A stretch of 64,000 nt of DNA from Eledone cirrhosa (Eukaryota), in assembly GCA_964016885.1 (NCBI GenBank), contig OZ024744.1:27156001-27220000 (forward strand), given 5' to 3'. This document shows, one piece after another, positions 1-10,500 of the stretch. Position numbers and translations under genes: made by a program. How positions within the stretch are numbered: the first letter of the stretch is position 1; every line of letters starts with the position of its first letter. Under the pieces are notes generated by a model. It had not been told where the DNA came from. It ran no database searches and saw only the letters and a program-made list of their open reading frames with translations.

Positions 1-1005
1 AGGTAACCTTAGGGCCAAGGACACCAGAAGTCTCCACTGTTACGGCGAGGCATCTCAGTGCATGTGGTGGTAAGAAGGGACGTAACCTTAGGGCCAGGGA
101 CACCAGAAGTCACCACTGCTACGGCTAGGCATCTCAGTGCATGTGGTGGTAAGAAGGGAGGTAACCTTAGGGCCAGGTACACCAGAAGACTCCACTGTTA
201 CGGCTAGGAATCTCAGTGCATGTGGTGGTAAGAGGCAGGTAACCTTAGGGCCAGGGACACCAGAAGTCTCCACTGGTACGGCTAGGCATCTCAGTGCATG
301 TGGTGGTAAGAGGGAGGTAACCTTAGGGCCAGGGACACCAGAAGTCTCCACTGTTACGTCTAGGCATCTCAGTGCATGTGGTGGTAAGAAGGGAGGTAAC
401 CTTAGGCCAAGGACACCAGAAGTCACCACTGCTACGGCTAGGCATCTCAGTGCATGTGGTGGTAAGAAGGGAGGTAACCTTAGGGACAGGGACACCAGAA
501 GTCTCCACTGTTACGGCTAGGCATCTCACTTCATGTGGTGGTAAGAAGGGAGGTAACCTTAGGGCCAAGGACACCAGAAGTCTCCACTGTTACGGCTAGG
601 CATCTCAGTGCATGTGGTGGTAAGAAGGGACGTAACCTTAGGGCCAGGGACACCAGAAGTCACCACTGCTACGGCTAGGCATCTCAGTGCATGTGGTGGT
701 AAGAAGGGAGGTAACCTTAGGGCCAGGTACACCAGAAGACTCCACTGTTACGGCTAGGAATCTCAGTGCATGTGGTGGTAAGAGGCAGGTAACCTTAGGG
801 CCAGGGACACCAGAAGTCTCCACTGGTACGGCTAGGCATCTCAGTGCATGTGGTGGTAAGAGGGAGGTAACCTTAGGGCCAGGGACACCAGAAGTCTCCA
901 CTGTTACGTCTAGGCATCTCAGTGCATGTGGTGGTAAGAAGGGAGGTAACCTTAGGCCAAGGAGACCAGAAGTCACCACTGCTACGGCTAGGCATCTCAG
1001 TGCAT
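1..1005 (+). repeat. Local 7-monomer (550 bp) tandem duplication
   Basis: Rare variants GGGACGTAACC (~77/627), AAGAGGCAGG (~230/780), CTGGTACGG (~273/823) and TTACGTCT (~354/904) all recur at offset 550 = 7x79-3. Confidence 0.9.
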
Positions 1006-4000
1006 CTGGTGGTAAGAAGGGAGGTAACCTTAGGGCCAAGGACACCAGAAGTCTCAAATGTTACGGCTAGACATGTCAGTGCATGTGGTGGTAAGGAGGG
1101 AGATAACCTTAGGGCCAAGGACACCAGAAGTCTCCACTGTTACGGCTAGGCATCTCAGTGCATGTGGTGGTAAGGAGGGAGAAAACCTTAGGGCCAAGGA
1201 CACCAGAAGTCTCCACTGTTACGGCTAGGCATGTCAGTGCATGTGGTGGTAAGAAGGGAGGTAACCTTAGGGCCAGGGACAGCAGAAGCCTCCACTGCTA
1301 CGGCTAGGCATATCAGTGCATGTGGTGGTAAGAAGGGAGGTAACCTTAGGGCCAAGGACACCAGAAGTCTCGACTGCTACGGCTAGGCATCTCAGTGCAT
1401 GTGGTGGTAAGAAGGGAGGTAACCTTAGGGCCAAGGACACCAGAAGTCTCCACTGCTACGGCTAGGCATCTCAGTGCATGTGGTGGTAAGAAGGGAGGTA
1501 ACCTTAGGGCTAGGGACACCAGAAGTCACCACTGCTACGGCTAGGCATCTCAGTGCATGTGGTGGTAAGAAGGGAGGTAACCTTAGGGCCAGGGACACCA
1601 GAAGTCTCCACTGTTACGGCTAGGCATCTCACTTCATGTGGTGGTAAGAAGGGAGGTAACCTTAGGGCCAAGGACACCAGAAGTCTCCACTGCTACGGCT
1701 AGGCATCTCAGTGCATGTGGTGGTAAGAAGGGAGGTAACCTTAGCGCTAGGGACACCAGAAGTCACCACTGCTACGGCTAGGCATCTCAGTGCATGTGGT
1801 GGTAAGAAGGGAGGTAACCTTAGGGCCAGGTACACCAGAAGACTCCACTGTTACGGCTAGGAATCTCAGTGCATGTGGTGGTAAGAGGGAGGTAACCTTA
1901 GGGCCAGGGACACCAGAAGTCTCCACTGTTACGGCTAGGAATCTCAGTGCATGTGGTGGTAAGAGGGAGGTAACCTTAGGGCCAGGGACACCAGAAGTCT
2001 CCACTGTTACGGCTAGGCATCTCAGTGCATGTGGTGGTAAGAAGGGAGGTAACCATAGGCCAAGAACACCAGAAGTCACCACTGCTACGGCTAGGCATCT
2101 CAGTGCATCTGGTGGTAAGAAGGGAGGTAACCTTAGGGCCAAGGACACCAGAAGTCTCCACTGTTACGGCTAGGCATGTCAGTGCATGTGGTGGTAAGGA
2201 GGGAGATAACCTTAGGGCCAAGGACACCAGAAGTCTCCACTGTTACGGCTAGGCATCTCAGTGCATGTGGTGGTAAGAAGGGAGGTAACCTTAGGGCCAG
2301 GGACACCAGATGTCTCCACTGTTACGGCTAGGCATCTCAGTGCATGTGGTGGTAAGGAGGGAGATAACCTTAGGGCCAAGGACACCAGAAGTCTCCACTG
2401 TTACCGCTAGGCATCTCAGTGCATGTGGTGGTAAGAAGGGAGGTAACCTTAGGGCCAGGGACACCAGAAGTCTCCACTGCTACGGCTAGGCATCTCAGTG
2501 CATGTGGTGGTAAGAAGGAAGTAACCTTAGGGCCAGGGACACCAGAAGTCTCCACTGCTACGGCTAGGCATCTCAGTGCATGTGGTGGTAAGAAGGGAGG
2601 TAACCTTAGGTCCAGGGACACCAGAAGTCTCCACTGCTACGGCTAGGCATCCCAGTTCATATGGTGGTAAGAATGGAGGTAACCTTAGGGCCAGGTACAC
2701 CAGAAGACTCCACTGTTACGGCTAGGAATCTCAGTGCATGTGGTGGTAAGAAGGGAGGTAACCTTAGGGCCAGGGACACCAGAAGTCACCACTGCTACGG
2801 CTAGGCATCTCAGTGCATGTGGTGGTAAGAAGGGAGGTAACCTTAGGGCCAGGTACACCAGAAGACTCCACTGTTACGGCTAGGAATCTCAGTGCATGTG
2901 GTGGTAAGAGGGAGGTAACCTTAGGGCCAGGGACACCAGAAGTCTCCACTGTTCCGGCTAGGCATCTCAGTGCATGTGGTGGTAAGAGGGAGGTAACCTT
3001 AGGGCCAGGGACACCAGAAGTCTCCACTGTTACGGCTAGGCATCTCAGTGCATGTGGTGGTAAGAAGGGAGGTAACCTTAGGGCCAGGTACACCAGAAGA
3101 CTCCACTGTTACGGCTAGGAATCTCAGTGCATGTGGTGGTAAGAAGGGAGGTAACCTTAGGGCCAGGGACACCAGAAGTCACCACTGCTACGGCTAGGCA
3201 TCTCAGTGCATGTGGTGGTAAGAAGGGAGGTAACCTTAGGGCCAGGTACACCAGAAGACTCCACTGTTACGGCTACGAATCTCAGTGCATGTGGTGGTAA
3301 GAGGGAGGTAACCTTAGGGCCAGGGACACCAGAAGTCTCCACTGTTACGGCTAGGCATCTCAGTGCATGTGGTGGTAAGAGGGAGGTAACCTTAGGGCCA
3401 GGGACACCAGAAGTCTCCACTGTTACGGCTAGGCATCTCAGTGCATGTGGTGGTAAGAAGGGAGGTAACCTTAGGCCAAGGACACCAGAAGTCACTACTG
3501 CTACGGCTAGGCATCTCAGTGCATCTGGTGGTAAGAAGGGAGGTAACCTTAGGGCCAAGGACACCAGAAGTCTACACTGTTACGGCTAGGCATATCAGTG
3601 CATGTGGTGGTAAGACGGGAGGTAACCTTAGGGCCAGGGACACCAGAAGACTCCACTGTTATGGCTAGGCATCTCAGTGCATGTGGTGGTAAGAAGGGAG
3701 GTAACCATAGGGCCAGGGACACCAGAAGTCTCCACTGTTACGGCTAGGCATCTCACTTCATATGGTGGTAAGAAGGGAGGTAACCTTAGGGCCAAGGACA
3801 CCAGAAGTCTCCACTGCTACGGCTAGGCATCTCAGTGCATGTGGTGGTAAGAAGGGAGGTAATCTTAGGGCCAGGGACACCAGAAGTCACCACTGCTACG
3901 GCTAGGCATCTCAGTGCATGTGGTGGTAAGAAGGGAGGTAACCTTAGGGCCAGGTACACCAGAAGACTCCACTGTTACGGCTAGGAATCTCAGTGCATGT

Positions 4001-7000
4001 GGTGGTAAGAGGGAGGTAACCTTAGGGCCAGGGACACCAGAAGTCTCCACTGTTACGGCTAGGCATCTCAGTGCATGTGGTGGTAAGAGGGGGGTAACCT
4101 TAGGGCCAGGGAAACCAGAAGTCTCCACTGTTACGGCTAGGCATCTCAGTGCATGTGGTGGTAAGAAGGGAGGTAATCTTAGGCCAAGGACACCAGAAGT
4201 CACCACTGCTACGGCTAGGCATCTCAGTGCATGTGGTGGTAAGGAGGGAGATAACCTTAGGGCCAAGGACACCAGAAGTCTCCACTGTTACGGCTAGGCA
4301 TCTCAGTGCATGTGGTGGTAAGAATGGAGGTAACCTTAGGGCCTTGGACACCAGACGTCTCCACTGTTACAGCTAGGCATGTCAGTGCATGTGGTGGTAA
4401 GGAGGGAGATAACCTTAGGGCCAAGGACACCAGAAGTCTCCACTGTTACGGCTAGGCATCTCAGTGCATGTGGTGGTAAGAAGGTAGGTAACCTTAGGGC
4501 CATGGACACCAGAAGTCTCCACTGTTACGGCTAGGCATCTCAGTGCATGTGGTGGTAAGAAGGGAGGTAACCTTAGGGACAGGGACACCAGAAGTCTCCA
4601 CTGTTACGGCTAGGCATCTCACTTCATGTGGTGGTAAGAAGGGAGGTAACCTTAGGGCCAAGGACACCAGAAGTCTCCACTGTTACGGCTAGGCATCTCA
4701 GTGCATGTGGTGGTAAGAAGGGACGTAACCTTAGGGCCAGGGACACCAGAAGTCACCACTGCTACGGCTAGGCATCTCAGTGCATGTGGTGGTAAGAAGG
4801 GAGGTAACCTTAGGGCCAGGTACACCAGAAGACTCCACTGTTACGGCTAGGAATCTCAGTGCATGTGGTGGTAAGAGGGAGGTAACCTTAGGGCCAGGGA
4901 CACCAGAAGTCTCCACTGTTACGGCTAGGCATCTCAGTGCATGTGGTGGTAAGAAGGGAGGTAACCTTAGGCCAAGGACACCAGAAGTCACCACTGCTAC
5001 GGCTAGGCATCTCAGTGCATCTGGTGGTAAGAAGGGAGGTAACCTTAGGGCCAAGGACACCAGAAGTCTCCAATGTTACGGCTAGACATGTCAGTGCATG
5101 TGGTGGTAAGGAGGGAGATAACCTTAGGGCCAAGGACACCAGAAGTCTCCACTGTTACGGCTAGGCATCTCAGTGCATGTGGTGGTAAGAAGGGAGGTAA
5201 CCTTAGGGCCAGGGACACCAGAAGTCTCCACTGTTACGGCTAGGCATCTCAGTGCATGTGGTGGTAAGGAGGGAGAAAACCTTAGGGCCAAGGACACCAG
5301 AAGTCTCCACTGTTACGGCTAGGCATGTCAGTGCATGTGGTGGTAAGAAGGGAGGTAACCTTAGGGCCAGGGACACCAGAAGTCTCCACTGTTACAGCTA
5401 GGTATCTCAGTGCATGTGGTGGTAAGAAGGGAGGTAACCTTAGGGCCAGGGACACCAGAAGTCTACACTGTTACTGCTAGGCATATCAGTGCATGTGGTG
5501 GTAAGAAGGGAGGTAATCTTAGGGCCAAGGACACCAGAAGTCTCCACTGCTACGGCTAGGCATCTCAGTGCATGTGGTGGTAAGAAGGGAGGTAACCTTA
5601 GGGCCAAGGACACCAGAAGTCTCCACTGCTACGGCTAGGCATCTCAGTGCATGTGGTGGTAAGAAGGGAGGTAACCTTAGGGCTAGGGACACCAGAAGTC
5701 ACCACTGCTACGGCTAGGCATCTCAGTGCATGTGGTGGTAAGAAGGGAGGTAACCTTAGGGCCAGGTACACCAGAAGACTCCACTGTTACGGCTAGGAAT
5801 CTCAGAGCATGTGGTGGTAAGAGGGAGGTAACCTTAGGGCCAGGGACACCAGAAGTCTCCACTGTTACGGCTAGGAATCTCAGTGCATGTGGTGGTAAGA
5901 GGGAGGTAACCTTAGGGCCAGGGACACCAGAAGTCTCCACTGTTACGGCTAGGCATCTCAGTGCATGTGGTGGTAAGAAGGGAGGTAACCATAGGCCAAG
6001 GACACCAGTAGTCACCACTGCTACGGCTAGGCATCTCAGTGCATCTGGTGGTAAGAAGGGAGGTAACCTTAGGGCCAAGGACACCAGAAGTCTCCACTGT
6101 TACGGCTAGGCATGTCAGTGCATGTGGTGGTAAGGAGGGAGATAACCTTAGGGCCAAGGACACCAGAAGTCTCCACTGTTACGGCTAGGCATCTCAGTGC
6201 ATGTGATGGTAAGAAGGGAGGTAACCTTAGGGCCAGGGACACCAGAAGTCTCCACTGTTACGGCTAGGCATCTCAGTGCATGTGGTGGTAAGGAGGGAGA
6301 TAACCTTAGGGCCAAGGACACCAGAAGTCTCCACTGTTACGGCTAGGCATCTCAGTGCATGTGGTGGTAAGAAGGGAGGTAACCTTAGGTCCAGGGACAC
6401 CAGAAGTCTCCACTGCTACGGCTAGGCATCCCAGTTCATATGGTGGTAAGAAGGGAGGTAACCTTAGGGCCAGGTACACCAGAAGACTCCACTGTTACGG
6501 CTAGGAATCTCAGTGCATGTGGTGGTAAGAAGGGAGGTAACCTTAGGGCCAGGGACACCAGAAGTCACCACTGCTACGGCTAGGCATCTCAGTGCATGTG
6601 GTGGTAAGAAGGGAGGTAACCTTAGGGCCAGGTACACCAGAAGACTCCACTGTTACGGCTAGGAATCTCAGTGCATGTGGTGGTAAGAGGGAGGTAACCT
6701 TAGGGCCAGGGACACCAGAAGTCTCCACTGTTCCGGCTAGGCATCTCAGTGCATGTGGTGGTAAGAGGGAGGTAACCTTAGGGCCAGGGACACCAGAAGT
6801 CTCCACTGTTACGGCTAGGCATCTCAGTGCATGTGGTGGTAAGAAGGGAGGTAACCTTAGGGCCAGGTACACCAGAAGACTCCACTGTTACGGCTAGGAA
6901 TCTCAGTGCATGTGGTGGTAAGAAGGGAGGTAACCTTAGGGCCAGGGACACCAGAAGTCACCACTGCTACGGCTAGGCATCTCAGTGCATGTGGTGGTAA

Positions 7001-7550
7001 GAAGGGAGGTAACCTTAGGGCCAGGTACACCAGAAGACTCCACTGTTACGGCTAGGAATCTCAGTGCATGTGGTGGTAAGAGGGAGGTAACCTTAGGGCC
7101 AGGGATACCAGAAGTCTCCACTGTTACGGCTAGGCATCTCAGTGCATGTGGTGGTAAGAAGGGAGGTAACCTTAGGGCCAGGGACACCAGAAGTCTCCAC
7201 TGTTACGGCTAGGCATCTCAGTGCATGTGGTGGTAAGAAGGGAGGTAACCTTAGGCCAAGGACACCAGAAGTCACCACTGCTACGGCTAGGCATCTCAGT
7301 GCATCTGGTGGTAAGAAGGGAGGTAACCTTAGGGCCAAGGACACCAGAAGTCTACACTGTTACGGCTAGGCATATCAGTGCATGTGGTGGTAAGAAGGGA
7401 GGTAAGCTTAGGGCCAGGGACACCAGAAGACTCCACTGTTATGGCTAGGCATCTCAGTGCATGTGGTGGTAAGAAGGGAGGTAACCTTAGGGCCAGGGAC
7501 ACCAGAAGTCTCCACTGTTACGGCTAGGCATCTCACTTCATATGGTGGTA
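1..7550 (+). repeat. Satellite sub-domain 1: rich in 78-bp monomers, with an imperfect ~3.8-4.1 kb (48-52 monomer) duplication
   Basis: Diagnostic variants are GTCACCACTGCT, CCAGGTACACCAGAAGACTCC...GGAATCT, AAGAGGGAGG (1-bp deletion) and TTAGGCCAA (1-bp deletion). Matching ORF/variant patterns occur at 638/4731, 1747/5683, 2764/6543 and 3157/6936. The GGTAC...GGAATCT monomer is last seen at ~10410-10455. Confidence 0.8.
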
Positions 7551-10500
7551 AGAAGGGAGGTAACCTTAGGGCCAAGGACACCAGAAGTCTACACTGTTAC
7601 GGCTAGGCATCTCAGTGCATGTGGTGGTTAGAAGGGAGGTAACCTTAGGGCCAAGGACACCAGAAGTCTCCACTGCTACGGGTAGGCATCTCAGTGCATG
7701 TGGTGGTAAGAAGGGAGGTAACCTTAGGGCCAGGGACAGCAGAAGTCTCCACTGCTACGGCTAGGCATCTCAGTGCATGTGGTGGTAAGAAGGAAGTAAC
7801 CTTAGGGCCAGGGACAGCAGAAGTCTCCACTGCTACGGCTAGGCATCTCAGTGCATGTGGTGGTAAGATGGGAGGTAACCTTAGGGCCAGGGACACCAGA
7901 ATTATACACTGTTACGGCTAGGCATATCAGTGCATGTGGTGGTAAGAAGGGAGGTAACCTTAGGGCCAGGGACACCAGAAGACTCCACTGTTACGGCTAG
8001 GCATCTCAGTGCATGTGGTGGTAAGAAGGGAGGTAACCTTAGGGCCAGGGACACCAGAAGTCTCCACTGTTACGGCTAGGCTTCTCACTTCATGTGGTGG
8101 TAAGAAGGGAGGTAACCTTAGGGCCAAGGACACCAGAAGTCTCCACTGCTACGGCTAGGCATCTCAGTGCATGTGGTGGTAAGAAGGGAGGTAACCTTAG
8201 GGCCAAGGACACCAGAAGTCACCACTGCTACGACTAGGCATCTCAGTGCATGTGGTGGTAAGAAGGGAGGTAACCTTAGGGCCAGGGACACCAGAAGACT
8301 CCACTGTTACGGCTAGGCATCTCAGTGCATGTGGTGGTAAAGAGGGAGGTAACCTCAGGGCCAGGGACACCAGACGTCTCCACTGCTACGGCTAGGCATC
8401 TCAGTGCATGTGGTGGTAAAAAGGGAGGTAACCTTAGGGCCAGGGACACCAGAAGTTTCCACTGCTACGGCTAGGCATCTCAGTGCATGTGGTGGTAAGA
8501 AGGGAGGTAAACTTAGGGCCAGGGACACCAGAAGTCTCCACTGTTACGGCTAGGCCTGTCAGTGCATGTGGTGGTAAGGAGGGAGGTAACCTTAGGTCCA
8601 AGGACACCAGAAGTCTCCACTGCTACGGCTAGGCATCTCAGTGCATGTGGTGGTAAGTAGGGAGATAATCTTAGGGCCAAGGACACCAGAAGTCTCCACT
8701 GTTACGGCTAGGCATCTCAGTGCATATGGTGGTAAGAAGGCAGGTAAACTTAGGGCCAGGGACACCAGAAGTCTCCACTGCTACGGCTAGGCATCTCAGT
8801 GCCTGTGGTGGTAAGAAGGAAGTAACCTTAGGGCCAGGGACACCAGAAGTCTCCACTGTTACGGCTAGGCATCTCAGTGCATGTGGTGGTAAGGAGGGAG
8901 ATAACCTTAGGGCCAGGCACACCAGAAGTCTCCACTGTTACGGCTAGGCATTTCAGTGCATGTGGTGGTAAGAAGGGAAGTAACCTTAGGGCCAGGGACA
9001 CCAGAAGTCTCCACTGTTACGGCTAGGCATCTCAGTGCATGTGGTGGTAAGAAGGGAGGTAACCTTAGGGCCAAGGACACCAGAAGTCTCCACTGTTACG
9101 GCTAGGCATCTCAGTGCATGTGGTGGTAAGAAGGGAGGTAACCTTAGGGCCAGGGACACCAGAAGACTCCACTGCTACGGCTAGGCATCCCAGTGCATGT
9201 GGTGGTAAGAAGGGAGGTAACCTTAGGGCCAAGGACACCAGAAGTCTCCACTGTTACGGCTAGGCATGTCAGTGCATGTGGTGGTAAGAAGGGAGCGAAC
9301 CTTAGGGCCAGGGACGCCAGAAGTCTCCACTGTTACGGCTAGGCATCTCAGTGCATGTGGTGGTAAGAAGGGAGGGAACCTTAGGGCCAGGCACATCAGA
9401 AGTCTCCACTGCTACGGCTAGGCATCTCAGTGCATGTGGTGGTCAGAAAGGAGGTAATCTTAGTACCAGGGACACCAGAAGTCTCCACTGTTACGGCTAG
9501 GCATGTCAGTGCGTGTGGTGGTAAGAAGGGAGGGAACCTTAGGGCCAGGGACACCAGAAGTCTCCACTGTTACGGCTAGGCATCTCAGTGCATGTGGTGG
9601 TAAGAAGGGAGGTAACCTTAAGGCCAGGGACACCAGAAGTCTCCAGTGTTACGGCTAGGCATGTCAGTGCGCGTGGTGGTAAGAAGGGAGGGAACCTTAG
9701 GGCCAGGGACACCAGAAGTCTCCACTGTTACGGCTAGGCATCTCAGTGCATGTGGTGGTAAGAAGGGAGGTAACCTTAAGGCCAGGGACACCAGAAGCCT
9801 CCAGTGTTACGGCTAGGCATCTCAGTGCATGTGGTGGTAAGAAGGGAAGGAAACTTAGGGCCAGGGACACCAGAAGTCTCCACTGTTACGGCTAGGCATC
9901 TCAGTGCATGTGGTAGTAAGAAGGGAGGGAACCTTAGGGCCAGGCACATCAGAAGTCTCCACTGCTACGGCTAGGCATCTCAGTGTATGTGGTGGTAAGA
10001 AAGGAGGTAACCTTAGGTCCAGGGACACCAGAAGTCTCCACTGTTACGGCTAGGCATCTCAGTGCATGTGGTGGTAAGAAGGGAGGTAACCTTAGGGCCA
10101 GGGACACCAGAAGTCTCCACTGCTACGGCTAGGCATCTCAGTGCCTGTGGTGGTAAGAAGGGAGGGAAACTTAGGTCCAGGGACACCAGAAGTCTCCACT
10201 GCTACGGCTAGGCATCTCAGTTCATGTGGTGGTAAGAAGGGAGGTAACCTTAGGGCCAAGGACACCAGAAGACTCCACTGTTACGGCTAGGCATCTCAGT
10301 GCATGTGGTGGTAAGAAGGGAGGTAACCTTAGGGCCAAGGACACCAGAAGTCTCCACTGCTACGGCTAGGCATCTCAGTGCATGTGGTGGTAAGAAGGGA
10401 GGTAACATTAGGGCCAGGTACATCAGAAGACTCCAGTGTTACGGCTAGGAATCTCAGTGCATGTGGTGGTAAGGGGGAGGTAACCTTAGGAGCAGGGACA

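Noticed and set aside
38-60. CENP-B box around the CpG
   Set aside because: The box requires TTCG....A..CGGG with two CpGs. The monomer has TTACGG and a single CpG.
35-60. RAG recombination-signal heptamer-like CACTGTT / CTCAGTG
   Set aside because: These are only 6/7 matches, one lacks the essential CAC, and there is no ACAAAAACC nonamer at 12 or 23 bp.
20-70. Hammerhead ribozyme as in newt, schistosome or cricket satellites (minus strand CTGAGATG)
   Set aside because: It does not match CUGANGA and the consensus has no GAAA core on either strand. An Infernal/Rfam scan of a dimer would settle it.
1-79. Tandem tRNA, 5S or snRNA gene or SINE array (unit is tRNA-sized)
   Set aside because: There is no B box (GTTCRA), no cloverleaf and no oligo-T terminator on either strand.
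137-520. Mucin-like (Thr/Ser/Pro) or zinc-finger coding VNTR
   Set aside because: The dominant unit is not a multiple of 3 and is not 84 bp. There is no C2H2 spacing or TGEKP linker, and the longest ORF is 139 aa.
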